From Iphione sp. A-MEVVRFRX5 (taxonomy: Eukaryota), in contig OZ320320.1 of assembly GCA_976226885.1 (NCBI GenBank), forward strand, positions 37,076,001 through 37,140,000: a stretch of DNA of 64,000 nucleotides, given 5' to 3'. Each line of letters begins with the position of its first letter. The stretch's first letter is position 1. Shown here one piece after another: positions 11,185 through 24,287 of the stretch. The notes beneath the pieces are model-generated. The model ran no database searches. It had not been told where the DNA came from and worked only from the letters and a program-made list of their open reading frames with translations. The position numbers and the translations under genes were made by a program.

Positions 11185-13927
11185 GTTGCTACTTGATAGT
11201 CGGCGACATTCACGCTCTTATCACGTGGCAAGAAGTGTGGGATTTCATTGGGTGCCTCCTGCTGTGGTCAACATAAACGACAAACACATGCGGCGTGGTC
11301 GGGGACGCTCTGAGGGACCATCACATGCAAGTCGACCCCATCCATTTCACTCCCACCATCTTCCTTACCTTACAAAGGCGTGGGTAACAGGCTAAGGGTG
11401 TGAACATTGGGACATAACCGTAAAAATGTTCCTCTTAATCCTTCCACAGTCTCACTGACAAAAAGAAATAACAGCAATAACCCAGCAAGTGCTAGTGTAT
11501 AAAAGCTTGTCTTGACCAAATAATGCCTGGACACAAACATTTCACCCTGTCAATGCAACCTTTCTCAAGCATTTTTGTATGTATGGAATCCACATAATCT
11601 GGAAGCGTTTCATGGATTAGGAAACAGGAGGAGCGTGGCAAATGCTTGCTACAATCATAATATGGATCCGCTAATTGTACCCGATAAAATAGATCAGAAC
11701 TTTGGGCATGTGCTACTTTCATTTCGTATTTGTCTAGGTTTTCGCAAAAACCATGAAGCCACACGGGTTGATTCTAATTGGCAGTGTTAGTGGTCGCGGG
11801 GACAAGAGATGTACCCGGTAAAGCCAAATATAGATTGAAAACGAACAAAACCAGCTTATGATATGCACCACAGAGAAATCTTTAAACAGATGGATTTCAT
11901 TGGAATCCTTACAACTGCAATGAAAATAATCACTCATAATATCGTATTGGTCGCAGAACGTTACAAAGACGGAAGCCACCTATTGAGTCGTGTTCAGAGG
12001 TCCTTCTTGAAGGTGTTAACATATATAACATGTTGGCCAATTGCTTTCTCAAGACTGCTCGAGGTATTATTTGAACCATAAGATGTGAGATAAGTCCTTG
12101 AACATTGGATACCAATTTGAGCCTTATTGGGCTTACATTCATGCACGATATCATTGGAGAGAATAATAAGTTTTGTTAATGGTAACACAATAAAAGTAAG
12201 GAAGTTATTTTTTCGTGCTATAATATGGAACCTTCCCCTACTCAATGCGGACTGAAGCTGACAAAGATTTCATTTTCTAATAGTAGTAGGAACTCTCTCA
12301 GATTCTTGTTCATCAATCATGCACGTGTCTTTTACTAAAGCTAGCTCCCTTATATAATAATAACGTTGCAGGATTGTGATCTAGTTGCTACATCGTGCAT
12401 TATACATTAAAGAGCCAGGACTTAACCATCTGCGCTATCTTGGTAGAAATGCAATATCCAAGGGAAAAACAGAGGCTCTCTGCTTTGGGCAAATGTGTTG
12501 TCTGATATAAACATAGGCTTCCTGATGTGCACAGGGAATTAAAGGACGTAAATGTATATAAAGAAATATGTTATACTTGCGCACACACACAAAGCCCCTT
12601 TAGTTCGTCTGTGCGTCCTTTCACCCCCAAAAAACCGCGGCGAACAAGCAGGAAGGACAGCAAGAGGCAATAAATTCTCTGCTTCTTAAGCCAGTTTTCG
12701 CCATAGTTCCCGTAGACATAATGTGTTGTTATTTACAACCTAGACTCATTTGCAGGCAGTACGTCGGACTCAAGTAGGAGGCTGTAACATTTGTCAAAGC
12801 GGCCTCTTGTACAAATGCTAATGTAACGGCAACAGAGTTTATGGTATGATCAGTGTGGGTCACCCCCAACGTTCTCCACATGTATATGTATATGTATATA
12901 TATATACGTGAGTACCCACGGCCTTGTGAAGCAAAATCACGCCAAGGAGTATATGTATAATGAATCAGTCGCCAAACGATGTCGGCGTAGGATTGGGGGC
13001 TGTTTTTTTTTTGTTTTTTTTCAGGTAGTTTATATACATGATGCCACCATCTTTTAGATAACCAATGCTAGCAGCATTTCTACTTCAATGTTAAAGGAGG
13101 GCCTGTACATCTATCTGATCCTAACCTTGAAACTACCGCCTTATATACCATTTGACTGAAAAGAACGCGAGCAGGTTTTGCTCCGTTCGCAGGCTCTTTC
13201 GTACCGGACGCATCACTGTACAAAAATGGGCTTCAGCATGTATTGAAAATACGTCGCTTGTTCAGCTTTCTATGATCGAGTGAGACACACGAAAGCTAAA
13301 GGCTACTGAAGCAGTTGGCGATTGATTTGGTTCTCCTACAATTGACCAAACGTATGCTGGTTGTACATCCATTGTAATCGAGTATTATCCGCGTTATGCA
13401 TCTCATATGTTAGCGAAATGACGTGAAATGCCTCAGTTGAGCATGTCAAAGAAAGCAAGGATTCTAACCCGTCAGAATGTCTGTGTATATATATAGATAT
13501 CTTTCGAAGGTGTCCACAGACATTGTTGTCTGTAGGCAAAGAGAAAATACTTGAATTGTGTAGAACTTTGATAGAAATCTATGTGATTTTCTCTGATCAA
13601 TTTCCTCGTGGTTGATGAAGCCTTAAACATTAAAGCGTTATCCATGATTCGATGACAAGCAACACATCACCTGGGTAGACATATGTATCGAGTTCATGCA
13701 CCTTGCACACCTCATAGATATGACATGACTGCAAAACAGAGGAATTGTGTTCGGTCAACTTCAGTATTGACTAAACCAATTGGAAATGTCTGATGAAAGT
13801 CAATGCAGAACAGAAACCGACACATTCAATGTCTGCTGCTGTGAAGTCTTCCTCAGAAGCAGGCCGATGAAAAGTCTGGATCCGAACTGGTCGTCTTCCG
13901 ATAGGTGGCTCCACCTAATGACAAAAC

Positions 13928-13985
13928 GCGCCATCTAGTGTCTTTGGCCCGTTTAACTTTGTAGCGGGGTGTAACAAATGGCGGC
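13928..13985. promoter_or_regulatory. CTCF-like and YY1-like motifs
   Basis: GCGCCATCTAGTGT (13928-13941; reverse ACACTAGATGGCGC, close to CTCF core CCACYAGRKGGCGC) and AAATGGCGGC (13976-13985, YY1-like). Confidence 0.3.
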
Positions 13986-14507
13986 GAAATGAACAGGCCA
14001 GGTTACATACAATATTGCACGCGTGATATCTTGTTTCACCGAAGGAAATAAAACAACAATACACACATGAAGTAACTTAGACAAATGCTTCCACGCGCTG
14101 GTCACGTATGCATAACCATGCATTTTGTCTCACTCTTCACAGAGAGAATATGACATTTGAAACGCACTTGACACACAACCCTTTCTCTTGGAAAATATAA
14201 AAATATATAACTACAGTTTGAAAATCTAGTTTACACGCACACAGAATCGATCGGAATATTGAAAGTTAGATACATGTACACTGGAGAGAGATAGAGAGAA
14301 AGAAATGAGTATTTTGTGTTGTTGTTCATAGGTTGGGTGGCATTGATGAAATTATCCATCACTAGACAGTAGAAGAAGCCTTCCAACGAAGGGGAGGAAC
14401 AGCGTTTCCACGTTGGTCCGGCCACTGTACAAAGTGGTAGGTCTTCCACTAAGATCCATGCATACACCAGGAGAGTCAGTGGTGCATATAACAGCAATCA
14501 TTTGCGC

Positions 14508-14555
14508 ATAATCATCATCATTTTCATCATTGTCATTATCATCATAATCATCATG
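14508..14555. repeat. Imperfect (ATC)n microsatellite in the presumed 3' UTR of the CUB gene
   Basis: ataatcatcatcattttcatcattgtcattatcatcataatcatcatgat. Confidence 0.8.
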
Positions 14556-14759
14556 ATATATTCATTACAGCTTAAAATGTTCACGATTATAACCAGGAGC
14601 ATCTTCATCATCAAGATCACGTGACTTGGGGATACAAATAAACCATGGAGGAGGGGCAGGGCCTTGGGGGTCAAGCGGTGAGCCCAATACACCTGCCCCT
14701 CAACAATTAACCTAGTTAATTGTCGATTAATTGGAGTAGACTAAAATCCATGCAGGATG

Positions 14760-14869
14760 TTAGGACCACCACTGGAGGCACACCGCCGCCAATGGCAGGA
14801 TGAGCGTTGCCATGGAAATGGTTGGTTTGATGGCAGATCCAGGCTTGATTATCTTCCCGTGGAAGGGAT
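14760..14869 (-). CDS. sol-1: SOL-1-like CUB protein, exon 7 (last): DPFHGKIIKPGSAIKPTISMATLILPLAAVCLQWWS*
   Basis: Long polypyrimidine tract + cttatAG acceptor; 110 nt fits the phase-1 donor of exon 6; ends in a hydrophobic tail and TAA. Confidence 0.75.
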
Positions 14870-17059
14870 CTATAAGAAGCAGAGGGGGAAAAAAGAGAAA
14901 GCAATCAATTAGCAGGTCAGAATTCATCCAGAATGCAAAGATGCTATCAAGTACGATTTATCTTCGCACATGTCTATATATATGCACATTGCAGGGTTGC
15001 CCACCAAAGAAAGGTTGTCGCATTTTTAAATGTCCCTGTCGTAAAAAAAACTATTTCAGCACTGAGCCAGTAAGGAGCAAAAGGGGGCTGTCTCATTTTT
15101 AATGCCTCTATCGCATTTTTTTTGCGAAATGTGACAGGTCGCCCAGCCTTGCATTTATTTGTAGCATGGATGTTGGCATCGGCACGTGCTTAGCATCCAC
15201 ATTGAAAGTTTTCCAGGTTATGACTCTTATGAGGTTGAATTTTTTGGAGGTGTGGTAACTATGTTTTTGACATGACAGTCATGAATACACAGGAGAGCAT
15301 AATGTGTTATTCATATCTTGGAAAAGCAGATGTCTTTGTCTTTTCTAAGTGTGCATGACGAGAAGAAGAGTGGGACAAGGTAGACGCGATGATAAATATA
15401 TCGAATTTAGATTAAATTCTCCATTGACTACATATTCATATAGTATGTTAAGAACGTACGTTTGCATCATGGTTCATCAACAACGTGTAGCCTAATGATA
15501 TAATTCTGAAGTACAATTTAATTTGCGTGTGATGAATAAGGAGGTTTTACTTATAAATATGCTTAATTGTGAATGATGTAAGTAAAGTATGCTAATTTTG
15601 TATGTCCTTTCTAGGGAAAACTAATTTTCTTCCGTTTTGTGTTGTGAAGTTTCCTCCCCGTCCCCTACAGCTCGGCGCGGGCCAACAATTTGTGTAGGTG
15701 GTATTAATATGCCATAAGACGATTATGAGAGAAGAGGTCAGGACCAAGGTCACTAATCTCTCCCACTAAGTAGCTCTCTCGAAGGGATTAAGCCTGGGGT
15801 ACAAGACCCTTCAACGTGCCGCAAACGCATCAGGGCGTTAGCGATGGAGGGTCTTGGCTTTTTCTTTCGCCCTTTCTACCCTCAGCTGGGTAGAGGCATA
15901 ATCCTATTTATCTACATAAACTTATCTACCACGTTCACTTACACATCTAACTAGATGTTTGGCTATCTTGGCTTGATTCATATGATTCTTTTCAGTGTTA
16001 TGCGTTAAATTTTTATTCTACGATAATCAGGCAATTAGGCACTGATTTTAAATGACCAATCACAAATAGAGGCAGATAAACGAGAGTAGAGAGTGGATGG
16101 AAAAAAATTATACATGAATTAGGCCAACTTAAAAAGCTATTACGTCAATAGGTTCTTCAAAAGCTTTCTTACAGTTCTTCTCAGGCAAGAGAAAATGCAT
16201 CATGTAACGAACGAGATCCCGTTAACATGTATAAAGCATGTTAGTTTACAGACGGGTTATTTGAAACACAGGTATACCGCTCTTAACAAAAGCTTTCTTA
16301 AAGAGACTCCTCTGTCGCTCCTGAGGTAACTTTCTACCAAATCTTTAAGATCGTAATCCAAACAAGAGGAACAAACAAAGATGTCTCGTTTTACAAGAAA
16401 AATGATTTCTAGATGAATATGACGTCAAAATCGATGAAAATCAGACGATATGACTCGTGTAGCAACGTTTCTTGCAATGATGTAATCAGGTGACACCATC
16501 TACATCATTGCGAGAGGTATACCTGCATTACTATGTCGATCTTACAATTAGCTGGTCAAATGCATCTGAGCATATTAAAAGAATCCACAGTAAATATGGT
16601 CAATGCGTCCATGCCATAGTCGGTATGAGCTCTAATGACTGCCAGAATAAAGCAGTTCAGGTGTAACACACAAGGGAACCACTCCAAATCGAGTCTAACC
16701 CAGTCAATTCTCATGTATTGTATGGAAGATTTCATATACATATGAATCCTACAAAAAAGGCCCCAAACAATTATATCCGTGTTTCCGGTACCATGTTGAA
16801 AAATATGGGGTCAGGAGTTAGGTGTTTATGTTTTTACAGACAAATATAAAGTAATAAAGCTAGATGATCAAATGAGTCTTTGGCATTATTCATTACCAAA
16901 AATATTATGAAAACGGTCATAGAAAAATCTCCAACAGGGTTTGTCTGGTTAGTGGAAACATATTTCTTACTAGGCCTAATGAAATCAGAACCCAAAAATT
17001 GCTTTGTGTCTTTACATGCAAGAATGCATCTATACATGTACTGTGGAATGTCTGTAATT

Positions 17060-18430
17060 TGGCCACCTGCAGCTCTACCTTGATACTTACTGTCAGTTCT
17101 TGTAGTATCTAGTTGTAAGTACATGTATTTACAGATCATGAAGAGGCATGCACTTGTCCCCTCAAAATGAGTAGACTAAACCTGGGTGACATAATATAAC
17201 GTTTTGAAGCAGGGCAGATAGCATGGGCCAGGGATGGTATGTTAGTTTCTTTTTACAGACATATAAGTAACCTGGGTTATGTATCAGTTCAGTTACAAGG
17301 AGGACACAAGCCTGAGTTATATACATGTACTGGTCACACAGAAGGGCATCTCCTCAAGGGAAAACCTCACTAAATTGAGTTACACATTGTTCCTCTGACA
17401 AATGTTTGATGTCTCATACAAAGCCAGTACTTAATGCAAAGATTCAAAATACCTGTTGTTGTTTGTGTTGGCTGGATTGTAGAAACTTTCAAAGAGAAAA
17501 TGTATGGCCTTTTCAGATACAATTTTATATAATGAATTAGACTAATACTATGAAAGAAGCCATGTCATCAATATAGAATAAGATTATAAAATACTGTAGA
17601 ATGAAACTAATATATTTGAAGAATTTTTCAAGGGAAGCAATGAGCTAAATCCTTGCAACATATGCAAAAGCTGTGTGAATAAATTATGTAACATTGAACA
17701 CTGAATACATGTCCTGTATAAAGTGACAGTTCTAGTGGGTTTTGCTTAATTTCACATTAACCTCCCATGAACTTAAGTGACAATTGCCTACGTGCCACAT
17801 GGGATCAGATTAATTTGATATTTATTTCATGTTTTGCAGCTGTTTGATTCTGCTATATGCTTCTGCTTTGATACTTACTGTCACTTCTTGTAAAATTTAG
17901 TCGTAGGTATATATATATCATCAATTAGAAGAATATATTCATCCTCTCAAAAGGAAGAGACTTAACCTGGATGACATATGCTTTCTTGATCCAGGACAGA
18001 TAAGATGGACCAGAGTTGATATGTTATTTTTTTTTGCAAACATATAAGTCAGATGGTTTATGTATTTATCTAGCCACAGGGAGGACACAAGCCCGATTGT
18101 TCCTCTGACAAATGTTTGCTGTCTCATGCTTAGCCAATGCAAAGATATAAAATACCTGCTGATGTTTTTGTTGGCTGGATTGTAGAATCTTTCAAAGAGA
18201 AAATGTATAGACCTTTCAGATACAAAGTACTATGATATATTACACTACAACTATGAAAAAAAATCATGTCATCAAATAATGCACGAACATAGAATGAAAA
18301 TGATATTGTTGAGGAATTTACATGGGAAGCAATAAACTAAATCATTGCAATATATGCACAAGCTGTGTGGATAAATGATGTAAAATGTAACGATGAACCC
18401 ATGTATTTTATAAAGTGATAATTCTAGTGG
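17060..18430. repeat. Diverged tandem duplication of a ~0.7-0.8 kb unit in intron 6 (copies ~17060-17740 and ~17850-18430)
   Basis: Collinear shared blocks: ttgatacttactgtca, ggaggacacaagcc, ttgttcctctgacaaatgtttg, gttggctggattgtagaa, ctttcaaagagaaaatgtat, gggaagcaat, aagctgtgtg, ttctagtggg; offsets 790 decreasing to 690 bp. Confidence 0.85.
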
Positions 18431-18445
18431 GCACAGTGGACTTAC

Positions 18446-18660
18446 CTTCATACTTCCTGAACTGGTAGAACGCTTCAAAACCCGTTGCGTCATAGACGTC
18501 ATTGGACTTGAACGTTACCCGGAAGAAGTTTCCATCCGAATTGACCGCCTTTTTGACGTGCTCTTCTTTAGTCCCACAGAACCGGTTCATCTTCCTATCC
18601 TTCAGTTTGATGTTGAAATTTGAGAACTCTACGTAGTCGCTCTGCGTGTCGTCAACACAC
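18446..18660 (-). CDS. sol-1: SOL-1-like CUB protein, exon 6 (second half of CUB domain B)
   Basis: CVDDTQSDYVEFSNFNIKLKDRKMNRFCGT...SDGNFFRVTFKSNDVYDATGFEAFYQF; SDYVEFSNF and FFRVTFKSND recall the last CUB of SOL-1 family proteins; tttgcAG acceptor, g|GTAAGT donor. Confidence 0.9.
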
Positions 18661-20854
18661 CTGCAAATGAAAGGCATCTGTTTAGAACAATTTTTAAAAT
18701 AGATTTATGTGTGGTTCAGCTGTTGAGAAACTTTATTTTTTTAGTCAATTTTCCTCTCTCCCTATCTTTTGAGTATCAACATCTTCCCTGAATGTACTTT
18801 CCTTCTTTCTCAACTAGCAAAGAACCATTTTCCTCCACCATTTTCGCTCTAAAGAATTTCTTTATAGTTCATTCGAAAATGAACTCCTATGTCTCGAGCA
18901 GCTGAACGGTCATTGTGTCAAAGGTGCAGCCACATGAATATTGATTTAGATCAAGAGAGACACGCACCACAGGCTGGAGTCAATCTTTAACAGCGGGCAT
19001 GAAGTCATCTATTCACAACAGAAAGCACACGCTATACATTTCATATGTGTTGTAGAAGTTAAGAGTGAAATCATCTGGGTTTTGAGCACTGCCTGCGTCA
19101 GAGGGACGCTGGAACATGACTGAATGAGAGACGAACTACATGTACATTGTAGTGTTATTGGTAGTGGCTTATTGGAAAATAAGAAAGTTGTATTTAATTG
19201 AATAGTTACTTGTATTTCTCTTCAAATTGTTTTTTAATAACAGCACTATCTGATCTTGCATGGTTGCATAGTGAGACTATATTGTTTTATACGGGCAGCG
19301 CTACGCAAAGCGTCACATTTCTTCATGCACGTATAGTCAACAGTGGGGTGATACGGGATAGCATTCAAAAGCAGGGTTGCAAACTGAAGTATAGATTCCA
19401 ATAGGTTTTCTGCGTGCCAGCCACGAAAGATTTTACAGGAAGAGATAACGTCCGAACGTTCGCTGCTGGGCACAGAACATCATGCCTGATACCGAGTCGT
19501 TCAGGCACATATTTTATAGCATGGGGTAACTGACGCACAACGAATATCACTATGCATGAAGACTCCACGAAATGTGAAGCTTTTCCCGATGCTCCGATTA
19601 CAAATACACAGTTTGTTGTCCATCCCTTTGGCCACTCAGTGTCATATGACAACATGGAACAACACGGCGGTATTTTAGTAGGAAGAGCCACTATACAACA
19701 TCAAGTTCACATCGATAGCAGATGTTCTGCTGTGACAGAATCATTTTGAATGTGCACGTTTTTTTTTCATATGATGGGACATGCCATCTGGCAACCAAGA
19801 CTGCGATACCTCGAGGAGTTAGTCACTGCTACTGTCCGGTCGAATATAATACATCTGGACGACACGTTTCCTGCTGTATGGTGTTCCCTTCTGTTATACA
19901 AATCCTGGTTATCATTCGAACGTCAAACCAACAGCCCAGGCTAGACGAGAATGGGCTGCCGACCACTGGTAACGACCGATCTATCATGGCCCCTTGGCGC
20001 ACGCCTCGGTCGGAACCTATTCCGACCGTTACAAATGTCCCTAAAGTTTGTTCATGTAGGGGGAGTCCTACCTCGCCGAACGTCCGGCCTTTGGTCCTGA
20101 TACTTTCTCAAACAGCAAGTTCTATTCACAGTGGACCGTACTGCTGCCCACCTGAATTAAGACATGAATACCAGACCCTGAAGGTCATTCCCTTCTTGAG
20201 CTCCCCAAGTCCCGCCAGGGCTTGGACTCTAAGGTCAGCTATTCTTAATGCGTTGAAGCGTCGTGCAATTGTCTGTTTCAGTTAATGGCTGGTAATGTCC
20301 CGGGTCGAAGTAGATTATTAGGCTGAGAATGAATCTTTTCTTTTTTAATCAATTCTAGTCTTCTTATTACTGACTGAAGATGGTAAATGTTTCGTGTAAA
20401 AGTTATAATTCTGAATTTAATTAGAATGGAATCAAGCGAAAGATTATCAATAATAAATAGTGAAACATAATTTTTGTCGTTAATTGATGTAGGCCACTGC
20501 GGCTTCGTTACAGTAATTTGTGGAGAGGCGGTGAGTATTGCCTTTGTTTAACGTTATTAAGTCTGAACATTCAATCATTCTCTGTTTTACGAAACCCAAC
20601 GCTCATACACGTTATATGTTTATACAGATGGCGCTGTGCATATCATTGTCCAAGTGCACTCATAACTCCAGGGCGGACAGCCCCCAATATCGTCACAATG
20701 ATTAACACGTTAGATGTGATGATAAATCTAATTTAAAACAAAACAAGCCTGGAACTGCGGTCAAAGATATCTCCTCCGCCTAGAGCTAGAAACACACCAG
20801 CCTTGTTTCACCCGGTGATACAGAAACCGGATCAGGTGGAAGAAAGCTACTTAC

Positions 20855-21026
20855 GCAGGAGGGATTCCTTCTACGTCGAAGTACGGGAAGGTGATGTATA
20901 TCCTCTCATTGTCTCGGCCGTAGAAGAGGTAGTGGCACTCGGTGTTGCGCGGGTACAGGCCCGGGAAGTTGGGCGACGTGAACGTGCCGTTGGGCGCCGA
21001 CTCGCTTCGGAACATGAAGCCACAAA
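20855..21026 (-). CDS. sol-1: SOL-1-like CUB protein, exon 5 (first half of CUB domain B)
   Basis: CGFMFRSESAPNGTFTSPNFPGLYPRNTECHYLFYGRDNERIYITFPYFDVEGIPP; ccacAG acceptor, gc|GTAAGT donor; 172 nt, phases 1 and 2. Confidence 0.92.
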
Positions 21027-23998
21027 CTGTGGATACAGAGGGACAACGAATAAGACAGAGATTGAGCGAAGGACAGAGAGAAAGAGAGTAAGAAATAGAG
21101 AGAGATTGAAATAGAGAAAGAGATGAGATGGAAAGAGGGGGAGGAGGGAGGGAGGGACACGAGAGTAAAGAGGTATCGGTATTGTGTTTTACATTCATCA
21201 GGTTGTACAATTCACGATCAATTTGAAAAAATACTTAAGTTGAGTCTAATTGAACATTTGTGTTCATGAATTCTTGTTAATGAATTCCAGACATTACGTC
21301 CTTTTATATACATAAAACAGAATAAAAAAACTAACTTTACATTGATTATCAAGTGATACTTCTAGTTGAAGGAAACATTTTACACTATATGCACCACAAT
21401 AACCTGTATTTTTCGTGACTCCTTTATCCAACTGCACAGGAAGTTTGAAATCTAATTTTCCAGGCTCACAACTATATTGAACAGCTTTTTTCTGCTAACA
21501 TGACCAACTTATGACTGACAGCTTTGAGACACAAACTATACAAAGAATATATCATAGAAGAAACATACATGTTGTACCTGCCTGCACAAAAGATAGAATT
21601 GTCTACCCAGTTCGGATAAGCTAGAAGACAGCTCATAAATGATGGCATCCCCAGTCATTTGGCGGAAATTGGACAGACGGATGACATTAATGACTGTGTG
21701 CCCTAGGGTTTGGCCTGGACTGGGCGTATTCCACGCCAGCTGTCTATCAAGCCAAGTCGGGCAATGAGGAAACTTAGCAATTAGTGGCTGCTTCTCCAAA
21801 CGACTCACTTCCCCTGGGTGAGAGCAGCCAGCTAGAGAGCTTAATTGTATAATTATACCTTGATCAGGCGGCTGCTCCCCAAGTAATTCCTGATGTCTAG
21901 AATTCCTGATGTCTAGTTGTGGAGGTCAGCTTATCATCGTCCCACCAAGGATCCATCAAATTATGATCAATTAACTTTCCATACACATATTATTCATGCT
22001 AGTGTTGAGCGAATGCTTGCACCTAGGTCCCACATCCCGCACCGTGCCGGCATTATCAATTTTAGTAAATAGGAATTCCAGGTGTCGTACGTCGTCAGCT
22101 TGACCCCCAGGTTGAAAGGCTATTGAACACTCTTGCCCATAGAGTCTAGTCATGCCATAACGGAATAAGTGTATCCTGTTCACCGTCGTTAAAAAGGTAC
22201 GGAATGAAGGGATTTCCTTTGTCTAACCTGGTCAGATTAAGCTAAACTGATGCGTTATGCGTATGTATGGTATGGATGTTTAAGGAACAGCAGGAAACAT
22301 ATCTGATCGTTAAAGGATTGGTGGAAGGTGAACTGTTTGGCCGATGTCCGACGGTAAGTATGCGCTTGAAAAAATCATGTTCAATGCAAGTGTCACACTA
22401 CGATTTTCATCGCTGTTACAAGCTTTCTTATGGTATATAGCTACTTGAAAAACATCCTCTTCTTAGACTGATGAGGTTGGGTGTTTTGGTCCTTGCCTTT
22501 ACATTAGTCACACTGATGAAGCAATCCCCTTTTGTACACTGGTGCAAAGCAAAATCAAGAAGTAGTAAGGGAGCAGGTGCAGGTTTAATAGTCTCCCAGT
22601 CTTACACAAAGAACATACGGCTATTTCTATTTCAGGGGAACGGCTACTGCAACAAGCTACCGGGATGCATTTTCAGTATGGATGTGCACGAAGATGCCTA
22701 AGCGGTGTCATGACCTTCAAGGGACGATTTAACCTGCCATTGCCTTGGGCCGCCAGAACAGCTGTCTTCTCCTCTATACTGAGTATAATGGAGAAGGATA
22801 TGGGGTGCACAATACGACCGTGTAGACCTATAGCTTTCCTTGGGAGAGCGACAGCAACTCTAGTTCGTCGGGGGGGAAGTCCTAGACAGGCGGGAGAATG
22901 TCCCCAGACGGACCGCCATAAATCCTTCAGGGGTTCAGGGGGAAGGAGAATGTTACTGATAATGGGAGGGGATGGTAGGAGAGCAGGGCGTCCCATGCTC
23001 TAGCAGAGTGATCAATCATCCATAGAAGGATGTACATGGTGGCATCCATTCTGAAACGAACCAATACATCACTGTGGACCATCTCTGCGCAGGCGTGCCC
23101 GCAGTTTTTCAGCAGGATGGCTTGCACTGTTCAAAATTTCACACCCTGTCTCTATCCATTGCTTTTTACGGCAAATCAGGAATTAAATAATAAAGCTTCG
23201 GACACAATCAATCACCCATCTGGCGTTTTTCCACTAATTTGCCAATGTGAGCTGATATTTTATTTACAAACATGCCGCAGGTCTTGATACTTATCTATGC
23301 GGTGGAGAGTGTTTCTTTTTGATGATATTTCACTCATCAGTTACCGTGGACATATATAGTGTTACCAAGCTGAACTGATTAAACAATGTGAACAGATGTC
23401 CTATCCTGAAAAATATATCAATGTTTAATTACCACATCTGAAAGGTTTACTGGCATCTTCTGAGATACTCAAACGGTCTCAATGGCTATGTGTTCTTGGA
23501 AACGAAGCCATTGTAAGCAAGCACATATTATGGGGAATTTTGAACAAATGTTTACCATCGTACACAGAAAGTTCCCTCGCTCTTCCCCTTGTACTGTAAT
23601 GGTTTGATAGGTCTAAGATACGTCTCAGAGGGAGCCTGCTTAAATTTAAATGATCATTATGTAAAAGGCTGACTTCAAAAACATTTCCCTCGTAGCATAC
23701 ACCGTTAGGCTGGCTTTCCATGCACACGGAAATATCTCCGGACCACGCATACGTGGGTCCGGAAAAAAACGATCTAAGGCATTCTGCCTGAGGGCTTTCC
23801 ATGTACCCGGGTCCGTGGGTCCGTAGTCCGGGTCCGGAGGTCAAAAACGAACCTGGGCCGTAAATTTACCCATTTTCCGGACTCCGGAGACCCAGAAAGG
23901 CCAGTAGAAGAGGGAGATGGAGGTTTGGAGCAGGATAGACACTGTCTATCGTATGATAGATGTTGTGAAATATTTCATAATTTGCATATCATTTGCCT

Positions 23999-24156
23999 AA
24001 AAACTGCACAATTTCCACTGATATGCCTCAACCTCCACAAAAAAACTGCACAATTTCCACCGATATGCCTCAACCTCCACAAAAAACTGCACAATTTCCA
24101 CCGATATACCTCAACCTCCACAAAAACTGCACAATTTCCTCCAATATGCCTCAACC
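23999..24156. repeat. ~40-43 bp minisatellite, about 4 copies, running into the gap
   Basis: Unit A(5-8)CTGCACAATTTCCACCGATATGCCTCAACCTCCAC with few substitutions. Confidence 0.92.
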
Positions 24157-24287
24157 NNNNNNNNNNNNNNNNNNNNNNNNNNNNNNNNNNNNNNNNNNNN
24201 NNNNNNNNNNNNNNNNNNNNNNNNNNNNNNNNNNNNNNNNNNNNNNNNNNNNNNNNNNNNNNNNNNNNNNNNNNNNNNNNNNNNNNN
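24157..24287. other. Assembly gap (131 N)
   Basis: Run of N. Confidence 1.

Noticed and set aside
13747-13823. Hammerhead-ribozyme-like motifs (GTC, CTGATGA, GAAA with a stem III match)
   Set aside because: Stems I and II cannot form; better explained as a degenerate inverted repeat.
23999-24156. Regular ~41 bp repeats as a CRISPR array
   Set aside because: No unique spacers, eukaryotic context, no cas genes; ordinary minisatellite.
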